From contig JAJDXD010000138.1 of NCBI GenBank assembly GCA_022823405.1, positions 492-64,491 on the forward strand: a stretch of 64,000 nucleotides of DNA, written 5' to 3'. Both the position numbers and the translations under genes were made by a program. Of this stretch, positions 1-11,344 are shown piece after piece; the stretch's first letter is position 1, and each line of letters starts with the position of its first letter. The notes under the pieces were generated by a model. The model did not search any database and was not told the DNA's origin. It saw nothing but the letters and a program-made list of their open reading frames with translations. This DNA is from Gammaproteobacteria bacterium (GTDB lineage Bacteria > Pseudomonadota > Gammaproteobacteria > Arenicellales > JAJDZL01).

Positions 1-490
1 ACTTTAGTCGAGATAGATCTCTGTCTCGGTCTCGCTCAATATCCCTAGCCTTGATCGCAGCACGCTTATCGTACTGCTTCTTCCCCTTGGCCAGAGCAAA
101 TTCCAATTTGACTCTACCATCACTCCAATAGAGCCGAGTCGGAATCAGAGAATACCCCTTCCTTTCAACTGAACCGATTAGTCGGTTAATTTCTACCCTA
201 TGTAAAAGCAGCTTACGACTACGCGTGGGATTCACTACTTCGTGAGTAGACGTTGTGGCATCCGGCGAGACATGAGCGCCGATCAAGAACAACTCACCGC
301 CATTCGGAGTAATATAGCTCTCTTTGAGATTCGCTCGATTATTCGCCCGCATACTCTTAACTTCCCAACCATGCAGAACAATACCTGCCTCATAGCGCTC
401 TTCGAGATGATAATCATGGGAAGCTTTTCTATTCGTCGTAATATTGTGACTTGAATCTTGCTTCTTTTTTTTCTTCACTCGCCCAACCAT
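1..490 (-). CDS. smpB: SsrA-binding protein SmpB (3' end runs off the window start)
   Basis: Absent from the ORF track because it is open at the window edge. My reverse-complement translation from ATG 490-488 reads MVGRVKKKKKQDSSHNITTNRKASHDYHLEERYEAGIVLHGWEVKSMRA...RLYWSDGRVKLEFALAKGKKQYDKR, the canonical SmpB pattern. Confidence 0.9.
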   Translation of the reverse strand, partial: MVGRVKKKKKQDSSHNITTNRKASHDYHLEERYEAGIVLHGWEVKSMRANNRANLKESYITPNGGELFLIGAHVSPDATTSTHEVVNPTRSRKLLLHRVEINRLIGSVERKGYSLIPTRLYWSDGRVKLEFALAKGKKQYDKRAAIKARDIERDRDRDLSRLK

Positions 491-1494
491 TACCTTGACC
501 GACGTCTCGAACTTCGTTTACGGGTTGTTTTCACAGGTGTTGTGTCAAAAACTTCACCGAGTTTTTCCTCGATGTCTGCCATCGTCGGCTTTCGCATCGG
601 CTTGTAGTGATCAAGACTCACTCGCATTTTTCGAACATGATCGTATTTTGTACCGCAGCAACCACCGATGATCGTTGCACCTGTACTTCGTGCAATCTGA
701 GCATACAAATACATCTGCTCTGGTGTAGCGGTATAACGAATCTGTGTACCCTCCCAGACAGGAATGCCGCAATTGGCCTTTGCAATATAGTGAAACATAT
801 TTGGATATGCGTTTGACATTTCAAGAGTTGCAGCAACGGTCTGAGCAGGACCAACACCACAATTTGAACCGATTGCAAAGGGCTGAACATCCATCTCAAG
901 ACAAATTTCAACAAATTCAGCTGGGCTGATTCCCATCATAGTTCGACCATTCGTGTCGAAACTGCCACAAGCCGCAAATGGTAATTTGGTCGCCGCTGCA
1001 CCTGTTGCCGCGGCAATCAGCTCTTCTCGCGATGAAATAGTTTCAATCCATAAAAGGTCGCATCCTCCCCGCTCCAGTGCCAGTGCCTGGTCTGTAAAGG
1101 CTTGAACCGCCACATTCTGTTTTACGGTTCCGACTGGCTCAATCAACTCTCCTAAAGGTCCCATAGACCCTGCCACAAACACATCTCTGTCAGCTTGGTT
1201 CGCTGCATTGCGTGCAATTTCCGCTGCTTTCTCATTCAATTCAGAAACCCGGTTCTCACTACCGTGCAATTTCAATCGCATGGAATTGCAGCCAAAGGTG
1301 TTTGTCAGAATTACATCAGACCCGGCTTCAACAAATCCACGATTCAATTCAAACACTCGTTCTGGATAATCAGCATTCCAAAGTTCTGGGGCATCTCCTG
1401 AAACTAGACCCATGTCAAACAGATTGGTACCTGTTGCACCATCCATCAACAGGCTATTCATCTCACCGAGTGCGGCCAAGAATGATCTACTCAC
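490..1494 (-). CDS. Homocysteine S-methyltransferase family protein (betaine- or S-methylmethionine-homocysteine methyltransferase-like)
   Basis: 334-aa ORF with LLMDGATGTNL near the N-terminus, ILTNTFG, and the C-terminal zinc-ligand motif GGCCGT. It has an unusual basic tail, TTRKRSSRRRSR. The stop TAA overlaps the smpB ATG (TAATG). Confidence 0.8.
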   Translation of the reverse strand: MSRSFLAALGEMNSLLMDGATGTNLFDMGLVSGDAPELWNADYPERVFELNRGFVEAGSDVILTNTFGCNSMRLKLHGSENRVSELNEKAAEIARNAANQADRDVFVAGSMGPLGELIEPVGTVKQNVAVQAFTDQALALERGGCDLLWIETISSREELIAAATGAAATKLPFAACGSFDTNGRTMMGISPAEFVEICLEMDVQPFAIGSNCGVGPAQTVAATLEMSNAYPNMFHYIAKANCGIPVWEGTQIRYTATPEQMYLYAQIARSTGATIIGGCCGTKYDHVRKMRVSLDHYKPMRKPTMADIEEKLGEVFDTTPVKTTRKRSSRRRSR

Positions 1495-1728
1495 TGTGTG
1501 TAACCCTCCGACGTTTCCCTATGCCATTGATTTTGCGTCAACTAAATCAGATTCTTTTCTCGAACACATTGAACTATCCAACGCCAGCAACTACTGTTTC
1601 ATCAATTTTCCGATAAACATAGCAATGGCTATAATTCACTTAACTGGCGATAAGTTCGATATGTGCAGACGGACTGTTGCCATTGACTGACGAACAAGTT
1701 CTTCCAACATCACCGACCTCAAATATTC

Positions 1729-2133
1729 ATGAGTTTTCGACTATTGAACTCAGCGATTTTGACGCTATTATGTCTGCTTCCTCTGCAAGCGTTCAGCGCC
1801 ACGCAATTGATGATGTTTAACTCCGATTATTGTACTTGGTGTCATAAATGGGAGGAAGATATAGGTGGAATCTACCACTTGACACCGGAATCCTGCCAAG
1901 CTCCGCTGGAACGGTATGATTTTGATAGCGGCGACTATCCTGAATCCCTAGACATGGCGGAACCGGTCATTTATACCCCAACATTCGTGCTGTTCCACAA
2001 TCAACAGGAAGTTGGGCGCATCACCGGATATCCAGGGCCTGATTTCTTTTGGATTGAACTTGATGACCTCATTAAGTCCAACCTCTCGGAACCGATTCGA
2101 CTGTCAAATTCTCAGAACTGCAGTCAGTCCTGA
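1729..2133 (+). CDS. Periplasmic thioredoxin-fold protein, SoxS-like (CxxC = CTWC)
   Basis: Signal peptide MSFRLLNSAILTLLCLLPLQAFSA and a CTWC redox motif. TPTFVLF...GRITGYPGPDFFW resembles SoxS-type thioredoxin-like proteins. Confidence 0.6.
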   Translation: MSFRLLNSAILTLLCLLPLQAFSATQLMMFNSDYCTWCHKWEEDIGGIYHLTPESCQAPLERYDFDSGDYPESLDMAEPVIYTPTFVLFHNQQEVGRITGYPGPDFFWIELDDLIKSNLSEPIRLSNSQNCSQS

Positions 2134-2141
2134 TTCAAGAT

Positions 2142-2618
2142 ATGCGCCCTTTTTCTTCGTCAGGAACGACTTACAGTCATACGTCAATCGTCGACTTATC
2201 TTGTAAAGAGATGTTTCATATCGTAAATGATGTCGAGTCATATCCCGAATTTATTAGTTTCTGCAATGCCGGCAGGCTGGACCAGATGCATGCAGACGGA
2301 TATACCGCGAGTATCGAATTTCATATAGGTAAGTTTAGTAAACACATCACAACTCGTAATTTCATTTCACCGTATTCATCGGTTTCAATGAAACTGGTAT
2401 CAGGTCCATTCAAGCGGATGAACGGCACATGGACTTTTTCGGAACTTGGGGAGAATAAATGCCAAGTCAACCTGGAAGTAGAGTACGAATTTTCAAATCG
2501 AGCAACCGCGCTTGCTCTAGGCCCATTTACAAAAACCCTGCCAAAAGTAATGCTTGAAAGTTTTAAAAGCGAAGCCAGACGCAGATGTATGAATCAGCAA
2601 TTGGCCAATCGGAATTGA
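2142..2618 (+). CDS. ratA: SRPBCC/CoQ-binding family protein RatA (YfjG-like)
   Basis: MFHIVNDVESYPEFISFC...KLVSGPFKRMNGTWTF aligns by eye with E. coli RatA (MYQLVNDVQSYPQFLPGC...LVDGPFKKLIGGWKF). It holds the conserved position next to smpB. Confidence 0.8.
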   Translation: MRPFSSSGTTYSHTSIVDLSCKEMFHIVNDVESYPEFISFCNAGRLDQMHADGYTASIEFHIGKFSKHITTRNFISPYSSVSMKLVSGPFKRMNGTWTFSELGENKCQVNLEVEYEFSNRATALALGPFTKTLPKVMLESFKSEARRRCMNQQLANRN

Positions 2619-2628
2619 CAATTTCAAG

Positions 2629-2958
2629 ATGAAAAATTCAACTCAACTTCAAACCGGCGGTAAGCGCATTTCAGTCGAAGTCGTTTTTGCGGGAGAATCC
2701 AGGCAAGAAATTGTCCACCTTGAACTTCCGGGACAAGTTACCGCACGACAAGCGGTTAATCAGACTAGTCTCAGCACCGACTATCCAGAGTTTGATTTTT
2801 CTTCTGCCCCGCTCGGGGTCTTCGGAACAAAAGTTCCAGACAATTTTCTGCTTGCTGACCGGGATCGGGTCGAAATCTATCGTCCCCTGCAACAGACACC
2901 TCAGGAATCCCGGCGTCGACGTGTTACTTTAGCAAGGAAACCAACTGATCAAAAGTAA
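2629..2958 (+). CDS. RnfH family ubiquitin-like protein (YfjF/RatB-like)
   Basis: 109 aa with ISVEVVFA...FGTKVPDNFLLADRDRVEIYRPL, typical of the RnfH family. It lies immediately downstream of ratA, as in enterics. Confidence 0.8.
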   Translation: MKNSTQLQTGGKRISVEVVFAGESRQEIVHLELPGQVTARQAVNQTSLSTDYPEFDFSSAPLGVFGTKVPDNFLLADRDRVEIYRPLQQTPQESRRRRVTLARKPTDQK

Positions 2959-2961
2959 AGA

Positions 2962-4605
2962 TCAGCTGTTTTCTTCTATATGACGGGCGCGCAAATCGTT
3001 CCGCTTGACTTTGCCAGTCGTGGTTAAGGGTAGATCATCGATATACTCAATCATCCTTGGGTACTCATAGGCCGCCAATCGCTGTTTGACAGAGTTCTGA
3101 ATGTCATCCGTCAGTGATTCAGACGGTACTTCACCTGGTTTCAAGACGATATATGCCTTGACCGCTTCACCTCGCAACTCATCAGGTACGCCAATAACTG
3201 CGACTTGTGCGATAGCTGAGTGCTTAATGAGACAGTCTTCAATTTCTCCAGGCCCAATCCTGTATCCAGCACTCGAAATAACATCATCCTTGCGGCCCAC
3301 AAACCATATGTATCCCTCATCATCTTTGTAGCCCATATCGCCTGTTGCCCACCACTTACCAATAAACTTATCACGGGTGGCTTTTTCGTTTTTCCAATAA
3401 CCAGCTACCATAACTGGATCATCGCGATCCGCAGCCAGTTCACCGATTTCACCTGCGGGTAAAGCAGTTCCATTTTCATCAACCGGTTCGACTCGATGCC
3501 CAGGATAACTTTTGCCTATTGATCCGGGTCGAACTTCCATAACTTCTGCACAATTTCCGCAGATGTAATTGAATTCGGTCTGTGCCCACATTTCATTGAT
3601 TTCAATTCCGAAAGCTTCCTTTCCCCAAAGGAAAAGTTCAGATCCGAGTGATTCTCCCGCAGACATGATTGTGCGCATTTGAATATCAAACTTTAGTCTG
3701 AAATTTCCCAGCTGACGCAGCATTTTTAGCGCCGTTGGTGGGATAAACCCATTTCGAACCTGGTACTTTTCCATGAGATGACAGGCTTTTTCGGCATCGA
3801 ACTTACCGCCATCATAACCAAGTACCGGCACTCCATAGTAGAGCGAAGGAATCAATGCATCTAGCAATCCACCGGTCCATGCCCAATCAGCCGGTGTCCA
3901 GAAAAGATCATATTCCTGAGGAAAGAAATTGTGAGACATTTCAAACCCAGTCAAATTGCCGATTAGACAGCGATGGGGAGCAAGCGCACCTTTTGGTGGC
4001 CCTGTCGTTCCGGACGTATAAACAAGATAGGCTGGATCTTCGGAAAGCGTGTTGACGATTTCAAAGCAATCACTCGCTTTTTCAAGCAAACTCCAAAATC
4101 CTCTGTCGCTATCGCAATCAATGATTGTTTCAAGTGCTGGCAGCTCATCACGAATGGATTCAATCAAGTCAACGTGTGCAGAATCCGTAATCACCACCTT
4201 GGTGCCGCTGTTATTCAAACGGTAGCCCACTGCTTCCGGACCAAACAGTACAGAAAGTGGAAGCGCTATTGCGCCAATTTTGTAAATTGCCAAGTGGCTG
4301 ATAACGGTCTCTGAACGTTGCGAGAGAACAATGCCTACGCGGTCTCCCTTTTCAACGCCATAATGCTGCAAGACATTAGCAAGCTGATTTGACAGTCGCT
4401 TTAGATCCGAAAATGTGAATTGGCTCGTTTCACCCGCTTTGTTTTCACAATAGATCGCAACCGAATCACCTGAATGCTCGGCGTGTCGGTCGCAAGTCAC
4501 ATGAGCGATATTGAAATGCTGAGGGATGTTCCATCGAAATCGCTTGTAAATTGCATCCCAGTTGCCCCATTCCGGCCTTATCAATCTAAATCTGTCGTTA
4601 TTCAT
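2962..4605 (-). CDS. AMP-forming acyl-CoA synthetase (medium-chain/MMPA-CoA-ligase-like)
   Basis: 547 aa with the adenylate-forming motifs YTSGTTGPPKG, GEIGEL and TGDMGYKDDEGYIWFVGRKDD, plus a C-terminal GKVKR. The start overlaps the upstream gene stop by 1 nt. Confidence 0.85.
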   Translation of the reverse strand: MNNDRFRLIRPEWGNWDAIYKRFRWNIPQHFNIAHVTCDRHAEHSGDSVAIYCENKAGETSQFTFSDLKRLSNQLANVLQHYGVEKGDRVGIVLSQRSETVISHLAIYKIGAIALPLSVLFGPEAVGYRLNNSGTKVVITDSAHVDLIESIRDELPALETIIDCDSDRGFWSLLEKASDCFEIVNTLSEDPAYLVYTSGTTGPPKGALAPHRCLIGNLTGFEMSHNFFPQEYDLFWTPADWAWTGGLLDALIPSLYYGVPVLGYDGGKFDAEKACHLMEKYQVRNGFIPPTALKMLRQLGNFRLKFDIQMRTIMSAGESLGSELFLWGKEAFGIEINEMWAQTEFNYICGNCAEVMEVRPGSIGKSYPGHRVEPVDENGTALPAGEIGELAADRDDPVMVAGYWKNEKATRDKFIGKWWATGDMGYKDDEGYIWFVGRKDDVISSAGYRIGPGEIEDCLIKHSAIAQVAVIGVPDELRGEAVKAYIVLKPGEVPSESLTDDIQNSVKQRLAAYEYPRMIEYIDDLPLTTTGKVKRNDLRARHIEENS

Positions 4606-5909
4606 TACCAGTACCGAATGGCTTGAGTGTACATGCTTTCCAGATCTTCTTCAGTCACTTCGCATGGAGCATTACTCAACAGACGCTGCTGCATAAAGGC
4701 TCCTTGAGCCAACTCTCCGATGTCATTCTCGTCGTAGCCAACTTCTGAAATCCCGTTTGGAATTCCAGTGGCTTTCATCATAGTCTTCAGATGTTCGCCC
4801 AGTGCTTCACCCGCCTCTAGTTCAGTGGCACCGCCAACATCGGCTGACAGTAGTTTGGCACCTTCCAAATGTCGCCACGGACAGGATGATGCGGTAAACC
4901 GAAAAGCGGCTGGCGCATTAACTACGACAGAAATTCCGTGCGGAACCAGTGGGTGGTTCGAAGGATAACCTTCGGGAAAATAGTCCTTCACCAGTCCTGC
5001 GACCGAGTAGGACATCCCGTGTGGGACGTGAACACCGCTATTGCCAAACGCTATTCCTGCGAGTGTTGCAGCCAGCATCATTCCATGACGCGCTTCTTTA
5101 TCACTGGCATCCTCAACGGCTCGAACCAAGTACTTACCAGTCAGCCAAAGTGCTTGCCGACAGCCCATATCACTATACGGATTGGCCCCCTGACTCAGTG
5201 GGCGTACACCATTAGCGGGTCGCTTTCGTGCAGTATAGGGTCTAGCAGTATATGACTCCAACGCGTGACACACCACATCAAAACCGCTTGCGGCAACTAC
5301 GTTCCCTGGTAAAGATTCTGTGGTATTGGGATCGACAACAGCTCGTGTTGGCTTTAATTTTGAAGAAGCAATTCCTGTCTTGACGCGCTTTTCGAGAAAA
5401 TCAAAAACCGCAATACCCGTACACTCGCTTCCAGTTCCCGAAGTAGTTGGACAGGCAATATGAGGCGTCAAATTGCCAGGAACGGGCAATCCTTCACCGA
5501 CCGGTGCGTTGACATAATTCAAGAAATCAGCCGGATAAGTACTGTATAGATTCGCTGCCTTGCAGGTATCAATGACTGAGCCGCCACCAATCGAAATAAA
5601 CCCATCAAACCGTCCTTCAATGGCAAATCTGGTTGCTTCCTTAAACGACCTGTCTGTCGGTTCGATACTCACCTCATCGTAGATTTCGTACTCAATTCCA
5701 GCTCCGTGAAGTCCCTGTATAGCAGAATGTACGAGTTCCAGATTCTTGACAACTGGGTCAGTAAACAATGCAACTCTTGTCATCCCGAGTTCTGTCGCAT
5801 CGTAATGCAACTCCTCAAGTGCATCGGGGCCATATTTGATCGAACTGAAATCTACCGCGAAAACAGACTCCTGCCCCGCTGCATACTGATAATGATGACA
5901 GCAGTTCAT
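4605..5909 (-). CDS. Iron-containing alcohol dehydrogenase, hydroxyacid-oxoacid transhydrogenase (ADHFE1)-like
   Basis: 434 aa. IGGGSVIDTCKAANLYSTYPADFLNYVNAPVG...PTTSGTGSE...GFDVVCHALESYT closely follows the HOT/ADHFE1 pattern as I remember it. Confidence 0.8.
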   Translation of the reverse strand: MNCCHHYQYAAGQESVFAVDFSSIKYGPDALEELHYDATELGMTRVALFTDPVVKNLELVHSAIQGLHGAGIEYEIYDEVSIEPTDRSFKEATRFAIEGRFDGFISIGGGSVIDTCKAANLYSTYPADFLNYVNAPVGEGLPVPGNLTPHIACPTTSGTGSECTGIAVFDFLEKRVKTGIASSKLKPTRAVVDPNTTESLPGNVVAASGFDVVCHALESYTARPYTARKRPANGVRPLSQGANPYSDMGCRQALWLTGKYLVRAVEDASDKEARHGMMLAATLAGIAFGNSGVHVPHGMSYSVAGLVKDYFPEGYPSNHPLVPHGISVVVNAPAAFRFTASSCPWRHLEGAKLLSADVGGATELEAGEALGEHLKTMMKATGIPNGISEVGYDENDIGELAQGAFMQQRLLSNAPCEVTEEDLESMYTQAIRYW

Positions 5910-5941
5910 TGAAAGTCAATCAGCTCCGTAATTGCTTAATT

Positions 5942-7712
<1,771 letters not shown>

Positions 7713-7716
<4 letters not shown>

Positions 7717-8273
7717 TCCACATCTCCCAATACAAAGAACTCGCCCGCACTCCAAACCCCAAATTGTTGGCCAGTATCGCTGATGCGTTCAGTTCCGAGT
7801 TCCACCAACTGATAATAGACATTGCGAGCAATCAGTCCCTGTAATCCATCTCTCACTTCAATATAGGGCGACGGCTCACCGTCTTCGGTAAACGCCACCC
7901 ATATACGATGATCCGCATCGGCAAGGATAATGTCATCAGTTCGAGTTCGAAAATACAGATTCTGATGCTCATCCTGTCCCTGTTCATCAACTTGAACAAC
8001 CAGGAACGGTGCATCTTCAACTTGAATACGAAGTTTTTCCACGGGAGTGACAAGGTAATGCTCTCCATCATCGTCCTTGCGCAACACAGTCGAAAATAAC
8101 CGCACCAATCGCTGTCGACCGATCGGTGAACCCATGTAGAACCAGGTACCGTCGCGCGCGATTCTGATATCAATATCACCACAAAATTCAGGATTCCATT
8201 TATGTACAGGTGGCAAACCCCTTTTCGAAATCTGCGCGGCCAGACTCATCGGGTCGGATGTTGCTTCACTCAT
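7713..8273 (-). CDS. DUF1285 family protein
   Basis: PPVHKWNPEFCGDIDIRIARDGTWFYMGSPIGRQRLVRLFSTVLRKDDDGEHYLVTPVEKLRIQVEDAPF matches the DUF1285 signature from memory. I set the start at ATG 8273 (MSEATS), overlapping the upstream stop by 8 nt. Confidence 0.7.
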
Positions 8274-8661
8274 GGTCACTTTTTGGTACAGGTCTTGGTC
8301 GACCGTTTTGGTCAATTGCAACAAATGTGAAACGTCCCTCTGTAACTTTTTCAACATCACCGCTTGAACGACGACGAACCCAAGTTTCAACCTTAACTGC
8401 AATAGAGGTCGTTCCGATTCTTAGTGTTGAGCAGTAACAACTGACAACATCACCTACATAAACCGGCAGATGAAAAGTCATTGCATCGACAGCGACGGTA
8501 GCAACTCTCCCTTTGGCGACTTCATAAGCATGTATACCACCCGCAATATCCATCTGGGACATAATCCATCCACCAAATATGTCGCCACTCGGGTTGGCAT
8601 TCGCTGGCATCGCCACGGTACGAAGCGATGCTTGTTTCCTATTTGAGGCTAAAGGACTCAA
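8266..8661 (-). CDS. Acyl-CoA thioesterase, hot-dog fold (YciA-like)
   Basis: ANPSGDIFGGWIMSQMDIAGG...VATVAVDAMTFHLPVYVGDVV is the YciA-type pattern. Confidence 0.8.
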   Translation of the reverse strand: MSPLASNRKQASLRTVAMPANANPSGDIFGGWIMSQMDIAGGIHAYEVAKGRVATVAVDAMTFHLPVYVGDVVSCYCSTLRIGTTSIAVKVETWVRRRSSGDVEKVTEGRFTFVAIDQNGRPRPVPKSDHE

Positions 8662-9129
8662 TCTGACTTAGAACGCTAAATTCGGGTAAACAAATTATTT
8701 TGAAACTGATGAGACAGAAAGCAAGCAAATTGGCTAAAGCGTTGTTCCTTCCGTCAGTTAATTTCGCACAGAATTCGGAGCAACCTGTTCTTCTCTAAAA
8801 TTTTAAGTTAACACTTGAATCAAGAGCTTGAAGAATCTGCGAAACTCCATTTTCATTTGAGGAACAATAACGGGTACAAGGGGGAGTAATTTTTTAACGC
8901 AACCGGCGTGAGCGTTGATATCAACTGATGTCCGTAGGCTTTCTCCAATGTACTGATGCGTCTGAATGACCGTTATGTTTCTTTCGCTACGGCCTTCATG
9001 ACAGGTACCACCCAAAGTGTCAGTGTCTGTTATCCGGAAATTAAATTGCTATTTCTTTTGAATAATCGACTCTTCTAGTTTTTCAACTATGGCGCGAATT
9101 ACGAGAAATTATTCAAGAGCATCTCATAT

Positions 9130-10368
9130 TCAGTCATATGTTCTGGTATCCTGAATGACAACGCCATCTTTAGGTAACGAACCAGGCGCTTCAAAGCTGA
9201 CATCTGCTCGTAGCTTACAAACCTCTCGAGCTGCTTTGGCGATTTTTTGCTGTAGTTCTTCTGAATGATCAGTAGATTCACACTTCAAATGCATTTGATC
9301 CTGGTGGTTTTCACTGCTTATGACCAGTCTAGCTCTAGAGACCTCTGGAAACCGCTTCACAATCTCAGCGATTTGTATCGGCTGCACAAACATACCGCGT
9401 ACTTTGGTTGTCTGATCAGCACGTCCCATCCAGCCTTTGATTCGTGTGTTGGTACGACCGCAAGGGCTCTGTCCTTCCATAACCATAGACAGGTCTCCGG
9501 TTGCAAACCGAACCAGTGGATAGTCGGGATTAAATACGGTAACCACAATTTCACCAACCTCACCCGGTGCGACTGGATCACCGGTACCTGGCTGCACAAT
9601 CTCAACGATCACACCTTCATCCAAAATCAATCCTTCCATGGCTTCTGATTCATAAGCAATCAACCCGACGTCAGCTGTCGCGTAAGCTTGCAACAACTGA
9701 ACACCTTGATCTCTGATATCTTCTCTAAGTGAAGGAGGCAATGCCTCACCGGATACTAGCCCCCTTTCCAAAGAAGAAAGATCGGCACCCGATTCAACTC
9801 CGGCATCCAGAATGATCTTCAAAAAAGATGGAGTACCTGTATAGGCCTGAGGCCGCAGTGCTGCAATAGCTTGAACCTGTAATTCGGTTTGCCCGACTCC
9901 TGCCGCGAATACCGCACAACCCAACTCACCGATGGCACTCTCCAGCATCATGCCAGCCGGTGAGAAATGATATGAAAATGTATTATGAACCAGCATTCCC
10001 TTGCGAATTCCTGCTGCGAATAGAGCTCGACACAAACGCCATCCATCCGGGCGACTGGTCTGAGGCTCATAAATCGGACCTGGTGAAGCAAATATACGCA
10101 CCAGATTAGCGGGATCATAAGCTGCCAAACCTCCAAACGGTGGCTGTTCCTTTTGCAGTCGACTTAGATCGGATTTTCTGACAAGTGGCAGCGTCGCCAA
10201 TGCTTCGCGCGAATCGATCGACTCGAGATCGAATTCTGACAGTTGCTGTCCAAAGAAAGGGGCTTTGGATGATGCGTGAATCAGCTGTCCTGGAAGTGCT
10301 GAAAACAGTTCCTGCTCTCGCACCTCGGGGTCACGGACTTCTAGGGAATCGTAAAATTCAGTAGCCAT
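9130..10368 (-). CDS. Phenylacetate-CoA ligase (PaaK)-like adenylate-forming enzyme
   Basis: 412 aa of short PaaK/F390-synthetase type. Features include GTPSFL, ATGDL, and a C-terminal ACT-like region. It is the last gene of the ABC cluster. Confidence 0.7.
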   Translation of the reverse strand: MATEFYDSLEVRDPEVREQELFSALPGQLIHASSKAPFFGQQLSEFDLESIDSREALATLPLVRKSDLSRLQKEQPPFGGLAAYDPANLVRIFASPGPIYEPQTSRPDGWRLCRALFAAGIRKGMLVHNTFSYHFSPAGMMLESAIGELGCAVFAAGVGQTELQVQAIAALRPQAYTGTPSFLKIILDAGVESGADLSSLERGLVSGEALPPSLREDIRDQGVQLLQAYATADVGLIAYESEAMEGLILDEGVIVEIVQPGTGDPVAPGEVGEIVVTVFNPDYPLVRFATGDLSMVMEGQSPCGRTNTRIKGWMGRADQTTKVRGMFVQPIQIAEIVKRFPEVSRARLVISSENHQDQMHLKCESTDHSEELQQKIAKAAREVCKLRADVSFEAPGSLPKDGVVIQDTRTYD

Positions 10369-10476
10369 GAGGGGGTTGCGACGCTGGATTTACAGAATTG
10401 TTCGCCGACTTGAATTGCAGTTGATCAGAAATGATCAAGGTTGAGACTGAAACGTCATCAACTTGTGTGAATTAAC

Positions 10477-11313
10477 TTACGCCAGCCAGCGCTTTCGCCG
10501 CCGGTAATGTTTAACGTTTCGGAAGCTTTTTCGGTTTTCACCGCTGACGCCGAGATAAAACTCTTTTACATCTTCATTCTGTAGCAGGTCTGAAGCATTT
10601 CCATCCATCACTACTCTGCCATTTTCAAGAATGTAACCGTATTGAGAATAGCGAAGCGCCATATTCGTATTCTGTTCAGCAAGCAAAATGGTCACGTGTT
10701 CGTTCTCGTTAAGCCTTTTGATGATCTCAAAAATTTCCTCAACCAGCGTTGGTGCCAGTCCCATTGAAGGCTCATCAAGCAAAATAACTGATGGTTTCGC
10801 CATCAGTGCTCTGCCCACTGCTGTCATCTGCTGTTCGCCACCAGAAATATATCCGGCAACACCAGTTCTTCGCTCTTTAAGCCGCGGAAAATAACTGTAG
10901 ACCAGCTCAAGGTCTGCCTGGATGGCAGCTCGCCCATCCCTACGTGTGTATGCACCCGTTAGCAGGTTTTCCTCGACTGTAAGGTGCTCAAAACAATGTC
11001 GACCTTCCATCACCTGCGTAACACCTCGAACCACCAAATCGGAGGGTGTGAGGGCATCAACGCGTTCGCCACGATAAATGATCGAACCTTTCGTGACTTC
11101 GCCACGCTCAGCGCGCAATAGGTTGGAGATTGCTTTGAGGGTGGTTGTTTTGCCTGCGCCATTGGCTCCGAGAAGGGCAATGATGCCCCTCTCGGGAACC
11201 TCTAATGACACGCCTTTCAGAACGAGAATAACCCGGTCATATATGACCTCAATGTTATTGACACTGATTATCGCTTCGCCGTTTGTGCTTGACGATTGTG
11301 TTGACTCGTTCAC
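10477..11313 (-). CDS. ABC transporter ATP-binding protein, LivF-like (HAAT family)
   Basis: Walker A GANGAGKTT, signature SGGEQQM and Walker B ILLDEP. Confidence 0.85.
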   Translation of the reverse strand: MNESTQSSSTNGEAIISVNNIEVIYDRVILVLKGVSLEVPERGIIALLGANGAGKTTTLKAISNLLRAERGEVTKGSIIYRGERVDALTPSDLVVRGVTQVMEGRHCFEHLTVEENLLTGAYTRRDGRAAIQADLELVYSYFPRLKERRTGVAGYISGGEQQMTAVGRALMAKPSVILLDEPSMGLAPTLVEEIFEIIKRLNENEHVTILLAEQNTNMALRYSQYGYILENGRVVMDGNASDLLQNEDVKEFYLGVSGENRKSFRNVKHYRRRKRWLA

Positions 11314-11344
11314 AAATAGACCTTAGTGTGCAAAAATTAAGACA

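Noticed and set aside
1495-1728. A SAM/SAH-type riboswitch in the leader of the homocysteine methyltransferase gene (and upstream of metY)
   Set aside because: It is plausible on functional grounds, but I could not recognise any riboswitch consensus by eye. It needs an Infernal/Rfam scan, so I make no call.
2142-2958. RatA/RatB (RnfH) pair as a toxin-antitoxin system
   Set aside because: RatA is an SRPBCC/CoQ-binding-type housekeeping protein conserved next to smpB, and RnfH is not an antitoxin. Nothing in the sequence suggests a mobile TA module.
2956-2964. Convergent gene ends with almost no spacer. Cases are rnfH/acyl-CoA synthetase (3 nt), trpA/fimV-like (15 nt) and ArsS-like/rlmB (9 nt).
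   Set aside because: Tight convergent packing is common in streamlined genomes. No hairpin or other element is present, so there is nothing specific to report beyond likely overlapping 3' UTRs.
8803-9015. 70-aa ORF in the 470-bp gap between the PaaK-like gene and the thioesterase operon
   Set aside because: It has no SD or motif support, and its composition is odd (MGGTCHEGRSERN...). The gap is more simply the promoter region of the 2962-8661 operon. I leave it unannotated.
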